Assembly (NCBI GenBank): GCA_050084515.1
Contig: CM114271.1
Span: 11,594,001-11,658,000 of the forward strand
Reading direction: 5' to 3'
From: Blasia pusilla
Taxonomy: Eukaryota
Length of the DNA: 64,000 nt
The first letter of the stretch is position 1, and each line of letters opens with the position of its first letter. A program made the translations under genes and the position numbers. The notes under the pieces were generated by a model. The model was not told the DNA's origin. It searched no databases and saw only the letters and a list, made by a program, of their open reading frames with translations. Of this stretch, positions 14,476-25,697 are shown piece after piece.

Positions 14476-14764
14476 GTGAGCTTAACATAATTATCCATTC
14501 CAAGAAGATTCCTACGGGAGGAGACTGAGAATGAGAATGAGAATGAGAATATTTAATTTATAGTGAATAGGAAACAGATACTCCTGACAGATTTTTACTG
14601 ACAAGATGAATTCGGTGGGGGAGATTGTCTGACACAATGGATCCAATTTTGTAACACATTCAATTGTGTTGCAATATGTTACCGGATTTGGGAAGAAGAG
14701 GGTTGCGCATCACTTGGAACCCATCGGAGTCCTGGTAACTCAGAAATTACCCGAAGCTTACCGA

Positions 14765-15432
14765 AGCCTGCAACACGTCGGCATCGGACGGGTTGCAAGC
14801 TTCTGCTAAACATTGTCGAAGCGAGCAACCCGTCGCTCTCCGACGACTTGCTGGGATACCGCTCCTTCTTGCTTGAAGATGCCGGAGGCGTGCAAACCGT
14901 CTGTTCCCGACGAGTTCCACGGGTGCCTCGCCTTTTAGCCCAAAGACGGCGAGGCGTGCAACCCGTCGCCGTCCAACGGGTTGCGCAAGGGCGTCGCCTT
15001 GTGGTGCAGCCAGCCAGACTCCGACGACTTGCACGGGAAGCCATCGTTCCTAACCCTTGATGAGGGAAGCGCACCCAACAGCTCTCGACGGATTGCCCAA
15101 AATACGTCCCGTTCCCGTCCCAAACATGGCGGAGGCGCGCAACATGTCGGTCTCCGACGGCTTGCGCGGGTACCTCGCGTTGTTTTCCGAAGACCACGGA
15201 GGCGCTCAACCCGTCGGTCTTCGACGGGTTGCTCGCGCACATGGCGATGTTCGCAGGATGGCGGAGGCGCGCAACATGTCGGTCTCCGACGGGTTGCGCG
15301 GGTACCTCGCGTTCTTTTCCGAAGACGACGGAGGCGCTCAACCCGTCGGTCTCCGACGGGTTGCTCTCGCACGTGGCGACGTACCCAGGATGGTGGAGCC
15401 GCGCAACTTGTCGGACTCCGACGGGTTGCAAT
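14765..15432. repeat. Palindrome array in the divergent intergenic region, including a 132-bp tandem duplication
   Basis: For example CAACCCGTCGG-TCT-CCGACGGGTTG at 15339-15363; tandem units start at 15126 and 15258. Confidence 0.9.
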
Positions 15433-15518
15433 TTTTCACGTCCGGACTTCCGTAACATTTGGCACGTCGCCGTCGAAAGGACGACGGGACCCAACGGTCA
15501 GCCCAACGGCTAGAAAAG

Positions 15519-15526
15519 TATAAATA
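15519..15526 (+). promoter_or_regulatory. Candidate TATA box of the ParB-MTase gene
   Basis: TATAAATA just downstream of the array, ~280 bp upstream of ATG 15803. Confidence 0.45.
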
Positions 15527-17009
15527 GGGCAGAAATCGCTCATTTCCGGTTTCTCATTTTGCAATCTTCATTCCTCACTCCTCACTCTCCGCGCAAGCAG
15601 CCTGATCGATATCTGAAGGGGCATTTCACGCGGCGACACATCGCGAGTCGATAGGAGGGAACGAGAGCGAGACGGTTCGACCGAGCAATATGGGGACGAT
15701 TCGAGCTAACCATCAAGGCGAGACGAGCTCCCATCTCGACATCAGCAAGGCGACTGATCAAGGGATTTGTCATGGACATAGGTGGAGGCATTTCCGGCAA
15801 AAATGACGAGGAAAAAAACACAAGCCAACAAGTCTGGGAGCTTCACTCCCAAGTCCATTAGGACTCCTGCATCAGCTTCTCCTGGGCCTCGTTCGGCAAA
15901 TGAAATTAGGCAGCAAGAAATCGAGGATCGGGAAAGGGAAGCGGAGATGCACAACCAAGTGCTTCTGGCGAGACGTGTTCAAGCGGCGCTGGATAAACAT
16001 AACGAAGAGGCCGAGACGTCGCAGGCCTTGAAGAAAAGGATCGCCGACGAAAAGAGAGAAAAGAAGCGTCTAGACGCGTCGGTGAGGAGGGCAAAATTGG
16101 CTAAAGCGAGGCGGGAAAAAGCGATAGCCATTGACGATAGCCCAGCCCGTCCAACCGCAAGTGTTGAGATGTGGGAAATGTCCCCCACGAATTCCGGGGA
16201 CACAATCAACATAGTGGAAACAACACCAGTTCAAATTGATGACGACGAGGTCATGAGGACCGCCAGCGTGGAGATGGTGGACATGGCCAAAGAAGCCGGA
16301 GAGCGGTCATTCTCGACTCCAAGCCCGGCGGAGGACATTGACCTCTATCGAATCAACGAGTTCCCAGTCGATTTTCCAGCCCCTGTCTCAGACAAGTTAG
16401 CTGGTCAAGAAACCGACTCCATTTTCGAGCGGGTAAGAGAGGTTCTGGGTTTTTTTAATTATGTGAATTGCAATTCATTGGGATTTCAGTGTAGCTTATT
16501 CCTCTTGTCCTGGTTCGACGGTGGTAAAGCAGATGGCACTCATGGAGGGCCACAACGCCCGAGGATTCCACTCTGCCGACAGGACAATGGAATACGTCCC
16601 GCGAAATCTGATCCGGCGAGGACATCGCAAAGCTAAAACAATCGCGGCGACAAAGATCCCACGTGGGACGGACTTTCCTCCCTTCTATGTTCAGCCTTAC
16701 GACGAGCATGGAACCCAAGCTCAGTTATCGAGGAGGACTTGGAAAATCTCGACACATCTCGGAGGATGCGAGACCAGGACTTGAAGGCAAGTTGAGGGCA
16801 CGGAATTCAGCTGGATGAGGAATCGCATTTCTTCATCTCTGGGGATGGAAATCACAGTTCATGGCGTGGACCAAGTTTGCGGAGAAGCGCCACAACTCAT
16901 TGAGGCACATTTTGCGTGAAGGCGGTGGTCCTTCACCCATACCCTCATCACATGGCGACGGTGGAGATGGCAATGCATGCCATGAACACGTGAGTATCTT
17001 TAACATTTT

Positions 17010-17968
17010 CGCAACTCGTCGGACTCCGGACGAGTTGCTCGATTGATGAATGGGTTAGGTTTTTTAGCGAAAGCAACTCGTCGGACTCCGACGGGTTGCT
17101 AGATTGCACGCTTTTCCGGATGTTTTTTTAAGATTGCAACTCGTCGGACTCCGACGACTTGTTTGATGGAACATAGATTTAACTAGTTTTTGGCCCAAAG
17201 CAAACCGCCGAGTCGGACGGGTTGCTCGACAAAGTCGCATTGTGAGGATGTTTTTGAAGAGTCAACTCGTCGGACTCGAGCGACTTGTTTGATTGAACAT
17301 AGATTTAAGTAGTTTTGGCCCAAAGCAAACCGTGAGTCCGGCGGGTTGCTCGATAGGTCGCCTTGTGAGGTTGTTTTTAAGAATGCAACTTGTCGGACTC
17401 GACGAGTTGCTCGAGGATCGCAGGTTTAGAAGGTTTTGCCCCAAAGCAACCCGCCGAGTCCGACGAGTTGCTTGCCTCAAACGCTTTTGGCGAAATCAAC
17501 CCGCGGACTCCGGACGGGTTGATATGGGGAAAAATAGTTGAGGCAAGCAACCCGTCGGACTCGGACGACGGGTTGCTTTGGGGAAAAACCTTCTAAACCT
17601 GCAGATCCTCGAGCAACTCGTCGAGTCCGACGAAGTTGCATTCTTAAAAAACTCACAAGGCGTTAATCAGCAACCCGCCGGACTCACGGTTTGCTTTGGG
17701 CCAAAAACTAGTTAAATCTATGTTCAATCAAACAAGTCGTCGGAGTCCGACGAGTTGCAATCTTAAAAAAACATCCGAGAAAGCGTGCAGTCCAGCAACC
17801 CATCGGAGTCCGACAAGTTGCTTACCTGGCATTAGCAAATGTGAATGCAAACCGTCGGACTCCGATGGGTTGCATCATTTAGCTTGTTGCTAGAATCCGA
17901 CCCTGATCTGTGACGACCCGTCGGAGTCCGAAGGGTTGCAAGAACCCATGTAACTTCCTGACGGGTTG
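17010..17968. repeat. Palindrome array forming a long foldback inside intron 16990-17983
   Basis: ~17075-17505 is reverse-complementary to ~17515-17825, e.g. GGTTTAGAAGGTTTT/AAAACCTTCTAAACC and ACATAGATTTAACTAGTTTTTGGCCCAAAGCAAACC/GGTTTGCTTTGGGCCAAAAACTAGTTAAATCTATGT. Confidence 0.9.
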
Positions 17969-20074
17969 AGTTTGGATGTGCAGGATTGTATCAGAGGGGA
18001 ATGTCACCCACCATTGGATCCAGGACTGCGATCGGGTGAGGAAGGTGCTTACGACGACCGGGAGAGTCTGAGGGGTTCTTGGGCGATGCCCTCGTCAATC
18101 AGATGCTTGCAAAGGGTGCTTAGATTAAGAAGAAAACTTGGGCAAACAAGTTTATTTCTCAAGATGCAGCCGTAACCATCCTTTGATGGTCGAAGATACA
18201 GGCCGCGAAGAAAAGCGCTGCATTGGAGCTGGAGCGGAGGGAGAAGGTATCTGCGTCTGGCGCGCTAAATTCATCAGCTGCCAGATCTGCTGCAACAAAA
18301 TACACGGCGAGCAAGATGCGGCGATACATCAAGCATTCTCAACCCCGATCTTGGTCCGGAGTTCTACAAGGAGCTCAAGGCGATTATCAAGCGTCGGCCG
18401 AAGAGGGATGAAGATCCGCATGGTCCGATTGGGAGAAAGTGTCGCCAGATCGCGTGCATCGTTTTGCGTTATCCGGGATTAGCGATTCAGGAGGATACGA
18501 TCGATGAAAATCGATCTCGAGGGCTCAGAGGCCAGAAGAGGGCGGCACACCATCCTCCGGGTGTGTCCGATCCAATGATCTCGCATTGGCTACGCGAATG
18601 GTCGTTCTGGGACGCGTTGCGGGTAATCGGGAAGTCCGCGGCCGACCGGCAAGCCGGAGCTCGGAAGATTAGAGCCCATTCGGCCGGAAGCAAACCTTGA
18701 AAGTTCCGAGATTACGAGGTTTGGCTCGACGACATCCGGGACAAGCCAACCAAGAACCCTGGATTCAAGACCATGTTCAAGGTTTGCGTCCTCCCTCAGG
18801 CAGAGCTTGACGAAGAAGTAGAGGGTAACAAACGGGATCAAGCGAAGAAGAAGCGAGATCTACAGGAGCAGACGGCCGATAATGTTCGACTAAAAGCTGC
18901 CCAACGGATGGTATTCATGTACCTCGTCCAGTGTAAGAACGCACGTACGTGGGGAAAATTACCGGTAGCCTTGAAATTGTGGGCATCACCGCCGGATGCA
19001 GAGACATTCTCCATGTACGACGTGGAGATGGGTCAGCACATGTCGGATTGGGAGGTGGAGAATTGCCCCATTTGGCTCGACTTCAACAACCCTGAAGACA
19101 TCACGGATAAGGACTTACGAGTGCCTCATGATGATGCAAAGGGCTGAGGATAAGACGACATCCCCAATTCGTCCCGGCCTGAAGACTTCTTGGAGGAGAT
19201 GAAGAGTAGGCCCACGAGGCAGTGAGTTGGCTTCCAAGGTCCGGATAGCCAAAGACAAATCCACAGCGGGTCTCAAAGGCAAGGCGAGGGAGGGAAAATT
19301 CAGAGGCCGAGACTTCCCAAAGAGAGCCTAAAGATGAGAGGCCGAGGCGGAATCGTCGGACGAGCGAGGGAGAGAGGGTCGGACCAGGTCCTCGGCGAAG
19401 AAAACGCCACCAGAATCTGAGGTCATAGAAACCCCGACAAGCCGTCCCCATACTAGGGAGAAGCGGAAGCGAGAGGTGCCCGGGTTGTCCCAAGGAGAAT
19501 ACAGCCCATCATCCTTGGGAAGACACAGACAAACAACGACCGGACAAGCGTGCTCCTTGTTCACCTCTTTCTTGGATGAGAGCGACTTCAATTCTCAGCG
19601 TTGACAACTGCCATCGAAAAATTGACAACGCTGGGACGGAAGCTCCAACGAAACGGGCACGCTGCCTGGACGGTGAATGGAGTGGTCGAAGAGGTTGCGA
19701 TGGATCTCTTGATCGCCGATCTGCCCTCGGGGTTGCGACTTTGGGGCGAAAATCCGGCGGACGAGGTACCTGAGTGGAATCTGCCGCTCACTTATGACCA
19801 GATTGCACTTTTGTTCTCTTTGCGCACGCCTATCCGAGTGACAGGGGCTGCTTCTTGGTGTTGACTGGAGGGAGCAAGGAAGAGCTCTTCAACCTCCAGT
19901 GCGTCAAGAGGTCGCTAAAGTGGAGGACGGCACAATCGTGGATCATCAAAAACGAGTACCCACTCCGATCCGCGACGAGTCAGATTCGGGTAAGGCTCAA
20001 TTCCTGTACAATAATTTCAATTATCTTATAATGATGTGTAGAATGAGAGTCAATCTGGGTTTTTTTTGTCCGTG

Positions 20075-20450
20075 AGCAACCCGTCGGAAGGCGACGGGTT
20101 GCTGGCTTAGAGCAGCCCATGCTCGGCTGAGAGCAACCCGTCGGTTTCCGACGGGTTGCATCTTTCCCACATACACAGGGAAAACCGCGGTGTACCTGCA
20201 ACCCGTCGGAACCCGACGGGTTGCAGTTGATTTTGGTTTTTGGATGCAACCCGTCTAATAGCGACGGGTTGCTATCAGACGGGTTGCTCTCAGGCGAGCA
20301 TGGGCTGGTCTAGGCCAGCAACCCGTCGCCTTCCGACGGGTTGCATCCGAAAACCAAAATCAACTTGGAAAACCCAAAAGCAACTGCAACCCGTCGGGTT
20401 CCGACGGGTTGGTCCGGGACAAAACAACCCGTCGGACTCCGACAGGTTGA
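20075..20450. repeat. Palindrome array with nested inverted repeats in the intron splitting the MTase domain
   Basis: Perfect GCAACCCGTCGG-TTT-CCGACGGGTTGC at 20133-20159; 20076-20142 is inverted relative to 20278-20345. Confidence 0.9.
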
Positions 20451-22769
20451 TCCAAAGTCAGTTATTGAAAATCTTCTCAAGGCGACTTCTTTAGTTTCTG
20501 ACATTGTTTCGTCTTTGATTCTGGATGGACCACTCCTACGTGTCGCCGTTCGCCCGAGCACAATTTCCAGGTGTTCAAGATCCAGGATCCTGTGGATCCA
20601 TGCTCAGATGGGTACAGCTTAGATAGTTTGTACAATTCCCCCCCGGGAATTTACATGCAAGATAGTACCCCGCAGGAGGAAGGAAAAGTCGTCGCCACCA
20701 CGATGCAACGCTCATCGAGCTCTGCTCAAGGCCGGGTGACTTGGTGTTCGACTTAGTGGGCCTTTCGGGGCGAGTATCGAGGCGCTGGCGAGTGGCGGGA
20801 ACATTCTCGCCTCGAGGGAAGACAGAATCGTTTGACCTTTGCAAGGAGGCAAAGGCGAATCGAAAGGCTCGTTGGGGCGTACAACTCTCCACGAAGCCGA
20901 GAGCTCCGGTTCGAGCCACCCTTGGTAGTGACTCCATCGTCACTTCCAACGATTCCCAAAATCGGGAGGGCAAGGCGAAAGTGATTTTGCAAGAGCTCTC
21001 GGACGATGACGAGTGAGTTCAAAGAACTCAACGACCAGCTTGATGCACTGCGTTTGGAGTAGGGAGTTTTTGATAATTTGGCAAAAGATTTCATAGAATA
21101 GATCAAATGTACAATTCGAGCTTTTTTCGGATGATATAAAGCGAGAAGATTTTTTCGATCGATGGTGGTGCTTGTAAATGTTTTTGATCATTTTGTCTTT
21201 TCGAATGTGATCGTCTATGTACTCCACGGTCTTCTACTTTGCAACCCGTCGGATTTCTCCTGCTTGCAATTTTCACTTTATGACCACCGCAACCCGTAGG
21301 ATTTCTCCTCCTTGCAACTTTTCGCTTTTGACCATCTGGACCCTTTTACCACCTCCAGGCAACTGCGATTCGACCAGTTGCTCGATCGACCCTTTCGGAT
21401 CAGCGATCTGGCGGGCTTCTTCCTTGGCACCTTCCCCTCAACTCGTAAAGGCGGCGAGGCTTCTTTTCTTCTCTCAGGCGTGTTGGATTCCTTCTACTGT
21501 GCGGTTGCCATAGTGGTATTACCGGGGCGGAGCAGATATTGATATTGGATGGGTGTCACATTGCGGAGCGTACAAGGTATCTTTGCCGAGGAAGGCGGTG
21601 GGACTCGAGACAGTTACATGGGACCGTTATGGTGTACCTAGGGGGGCCAAGGCTCTCGAGTCGCCAACATTTTCGATCCCCGTCTACAATCGGCCGGAGG
21701 AGCCACTTGAATCCCAAGACATTCCTTTGGTACATCACCGAGGAGAGTTAGGAGTAAATTTGTAGATGACGAGGTGAAGAAATCATAGACTAGGTTCAAT
21801 GTACATTTCGAGGTTCCTTCGGAGGTAATAAGGACGAGATTTTTCAACCCATAATGGTGTTTGTAAAAGTTTTCTAGAATATGTTTTTGGACTTGTGGAT
21901 TGTGTTCTTTTAGCTACTCGAATTACAATTACGCAACCCGTATGATTCGACTTTTTGCTTTTTGTCCACCGCAACTTTTTAACCATTTCAGGCAACCTCT
22001 CGGATTCCGACAGGTTGATTGCTTGAGTGATCGGACTCTATCCGGTGAGACCAACCGGCGCATTGTGGCGGGCTTCTTGACTTTTGGCTCGTTCCCTTCA
22101 TTCGTCCAACCGGTTGTAGGCTTCTTTTCTTGTCTAAGATGTGCAAGATTCCTACTACCTGTCGGATTGCCATTTCGGATTCCCAACCCGTTAGATCGTC
22201 GTGGGTGCAGGGTGGAAGAAAATCACTTCTAAAAATCTTTCGTTTCTTATGGTGAGCTTTCTTACGGGTTGGGAGGTGCGACTTCTCGGTTTGAGCCTAG
22301 GATCTGATTTTTCACATTTCAAAAAGTTGGTCTTGAGCAGACACCATTCATAACCGACAGAAAGTTGGTTATGGGGCAATTTAGGGGAGGCCATGATGCA
22401 AGCAACAATCCCTGCAAAAAGAGAGGTACCCATCCGGGTGTTCCTCCAACAAAAATACCAAGGGCACTGCTTTTTGTTGACCGATACAGGGAATGTTAAG
22501 AAACTTAGGCTCACATGGACAGTGATGGAAAAATGTTTAGGGTGGTCTTATGATGTCTCCTTTTTTCTCACCCCCAGGAAAGAGGAGGCTTTTTTAGGGC
22601 CAAATGTGGACCACTACCTACTCTCTTCTAAAGATCTCCTGAATTTGAAAGCAAACGAAAATTTCAAATATGTCAAAAAGTTTTGAAGAGAGGAGGCGGA
22701 TTTGGCCCTTTTTTTTGAAGAGAGACACTCCTCTCTTACTCTCTCTTGCCAGAATACCAACCCCCGACA

Positions 22770-23674
22770 GGATGGTGCTAGAAATTATCTGCAAGTAAAG
22801 AAAGGGAAAACTCTTCACAAAGAAAAGGATGATGGTAGTGAGGAAGATGTCAGTCACGGCAAGAGAAGAGAACGTGGACCCGTTTCTTCCAAATTTCAAG
22901 GTCGGGCTCCTAGCCATGACCGGCACAACAAGCCCGACCTTCACGATTCAAGGCGATCAACATCTAGTCATCATGGTTGCAACTATCAGGTTCAAGCTCC
23001 GCGCGCCAGTTGTGATTCTTACAGTGATGCCCGACGCAATGGAGATTACGATCATCCGGCACTTGATGAGACACGAGTCTCGACAGAGGATACTGAGGGA
23101 CGAGATAGAGACAAGGGCAGAGAAAGAGATAGAGAAACGAGAAAGGGAAGCGAAAGAGAAAGAAGGAACGAGGATCGAGAAAGAGATACCGAATTAGCGC
23201 CAAAGGTAAAATTGGAGTTAGGGAGTCCAACATTGACAAAGATATGGGCAGGGAAGGGAGAATTGAGAGAGATAAGAGCAAGGAAAGAGAACGTGAAAAA
23301 GGAAGAGAACAAGGCAGGAGTAGGTTGAAAGGGAGGGACTTCTTTGACAAGGATAAGGACATGGAGAGGAGGAATGGAGGTGGTCAGAGCAGAGACGGCT
23401 ACAGAGATAGAGATAGAGATAGAGACAGGGAAAATGAAAGGAACAGAAGTAGGTACACCTCTAGAGATTCCAGCAATCACAAAGAGGTGGATTCAGGAGA
23501 TGGACGAGGGAGGAGCAAAGACAAAGAGAGAGTGAGAGACAAATTCCAGTCCAAAGCGGGAGCTAAAAGTTATCCATACTTGGATGGAGAAGAGAAAGAT
23601 GTGATTCATGACAAAGAGAAAGAACGAGAGAAAACTGGAGACAAGCCTTCAGGCAAAGAAATCCTTGTCGACAA
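22770..23674 (+). pseudogene. Arg/Asp/Glu/Lys-rich host-gene-like exon, 5' part (interrupted by the gypsy element)
   Basis: RDRDRDRDRENERNRSR-type low-complexity ORFs; reading frame rejoins 33358 onward once the insertion and TSD are removed (…EILVDNDLHMEKEN…). Confidence 0.6.
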
Positions 23675-24041
23675 TGTCATGACTATACGGATTATGTCGT
23701 AGAGTATGGTGTGCTAGTAGAGGCCATTCCTTATGTAGGACCGTAGTGGATTGGTAGAGATGCGGTTCCATACATAGGGTTGGGGGTTAGTCAGTTGGGG
23801 GTGACTTTCCCAGTAGGGCCCGCTCTTAGGTTGGAGGATATAAGGTGGAGTGCACTCAAAGAACAGTCACTTCTTTGAGTTGAGCCTGTTGCGTTGGGAG
23901 TTAGCCTTGGTAGTGAGTAGAGCTCTTGGCTATGGTGTTCCCGTAAGCTTCGACCTAGATTCTCCCATCGTGGAGTGGGTTTGGCTCGACTGTATGTGAT
24001 TGTAAACGTGTTTTATGACATGAGGTCTTTCACGGATTTCA
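23675..24041 (+). repeat. Terminal repeat B1
   Basis: Near-identical to 32877-33247. Confidence 0.93.
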
Positions 24042-25697
24042 CTCAAGAACAGGAGTAGATCGATGGTAACCGATTGTAGATCATAGGATCTGGTTAGGGT
24101 GATTGTGTACTCAGCCGTGGATGTTTGCGGCTTGTTGCCTATGTTGGAGGTGTGAATCAGGTGCGTGGTTGGTTGGGGAAAGAAGCGCCTTGCTGAGAGC
24201 TTTCAACGCGCTTTAGATCGCGGATTTCGTCAAGGGAGTTGGAAGTTATCAAGGATTGAAGATTACAGTTCGTGTTCGACGGTTTTCGATGTGGAGAGCT
24301 TGGAGTGCGGAAGTGTGTTGAAGTTCATCCAGATCGGGTGAGAGGTTCCTGTTGCTACTCATATTGTGATCTCCTATGAATCTATATTTCGAGTGTGTGG
24401 AGCGTTATGGATTTCTGCGTGCATGAAACTTGGCGGAAGCTATTTGCCAGTTTGCGATTCTCGGAGGTGTATGGATGACAAGTTTGTTTGATTTTTAGCT
24501 CGAGTCTGAGCTCGGTTGTAGCTGATTTTCTGTGGAGAGATAGCTATGGTGGTCAATTGAATTCTGATTGAAACAGATTTGATTTCGGTCACGTATTTGT
24601 GAAGTAATTTCTAATCGAAATTTTGCGGACTAGCTCAAGGTCTGGCTATGGTGGACAGCGGATCGGAGGGGCTGGTTGGTTGGTGACTTGTTCATTTTTG
24701 GAGACGCCTATCCCATTGGGGGCGCCCTGGTTGGACCTCTCTCCATAGCGAAGCATGGCGAAGCGTGGCGATAGGGGCATTTCTCGGCGTTTCGAGGCTT
24801 CGAGGCTTCGAGGCAACTCGTGGTAGCTCGGGGCGAGTGGGCGTGAGAGGCGGAGTAAGGAGCAAGGAGCAAGCAAGCAAGGAGCAAGCAAGCAAGCTTG
24901 CTTGCTTGGGCGTGAGGAAATTTTTGAAGGATTTGGGATTTGAGTTTTGCATAAGTGGTCACCCATCTTTGGGCTATTCTGCCTGGAGGACGCTTAACTG
25001 CTGAGTTCTTAACTATGCCAATGTCTGTTTGTTGTAGCTCATTTGGTCTTTGTTCGGAGATGTGTTAGGCGCTTTATGCATCTCAGGTTTTTGGTTGATG
25101 TACCTCTAGCGCATAGTACGGTGTAGCCTCTCCATGTAGGTGATATTTTCAGGTGCTGCGCGTTCGACTAGCACGTCATCGATCCGCGGCGGAATAGCTA
25201 TTGCGTTAGAATTGTGTGGTGGGTTTTGTGGATTCAGAGGGCACCACGTTTGGTGGATTGTGTTACCTTGATTTCCATTTGCGATTGGAGGGTTGTCGTT
25301 GGATTTCTTGTGTTTGGATCCCCTCCATCGTGCTTCTTCTGCTTGGCGCCCATTGTTAGGGTTGACGCTGATTTCGAGTAGTGTTACTCTGTGTGCTACC
25401 GGTAGTGAGGCTGGAGGGATGACGAGTAGATTGTGGGAGACTTCTTGTGGTGATGACAAGTTAGGTTGCCTACACCCATAGCTAGTAGAGCTAGAATAGT
25501 ATAGCGACATCGACGTCACTTGGTAATTTGGTGGTGGTGCGGCATCGGCGTTGGTCATCACGGAGTGTCGGGTGGTCTGGTTGGGGACCGTGTAGTGTGC
25601 GGGATGTGGTGGTTTCACACGGAGTGGATTTAGGTATCGGCTACCTTTTCCACTTCCGACGGTTGATGAAGAGGAGGACGAGGGTGTTCCAGCTCCA

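Larger units (their letters stand above)
15803..21016 (+). pseudogene. Multi-exon gene: ParB/Srx-like domain + beta-class N4C/N6A DNA methyltransferase (frameshifted as given)
   Basis: RIPLCR (16562); DGNH[R]FMAW restored by one base (16844-16869); DLLIADLPSG (19703-19732, DPPY position); SDRGCFLVL (~19836-19863); KEKS..MQ[R]LIELCSRPGDLVFDL..FGASIEALASGGNIL..E (20680-20816; motifs X, I, II); introns from 16433, at 16990-17983, and from 19990. Confidence 0.7.
10100..22765. mobile_element. Putative large Mutator-like element carrying a transposase gene, a ParB-methyltransferase gene and palindrome arrays
   Basis: Left limit is where CACTA TnpD homology is cut off. Right limit is where similarity to the 1220-2180 copy ends (…GAATACCAACCCCC). 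The same palindrome occurs throughout (10306-22190). No clear TIR or TSD identified. Confidence 0.55.

Noticed and set aside
14551-14565. ATTTAATTTATAGTG as the partner TIR of CACTATAATTTAAT at 2222
   Set aside because: Only a partial match in AT-rich DNA, flanks AAC/AAT are not an exact 3-bp TSD, and it would cut the palindrome-bearing unit in half; not excluded
14679-15523. Overlapping Arg-rich ORFs on both strands
   Set aside because: By-product of the GC-rich palindrome array; no protein motifs
14765-17968. Palindromic repeats with spacers resembling a CRISPR array
   Set aside because: Spacers are irregular and themselves duplicated or inverted, the arrays lie in spliceosomal introns and a promoter region, and no cas genes are present
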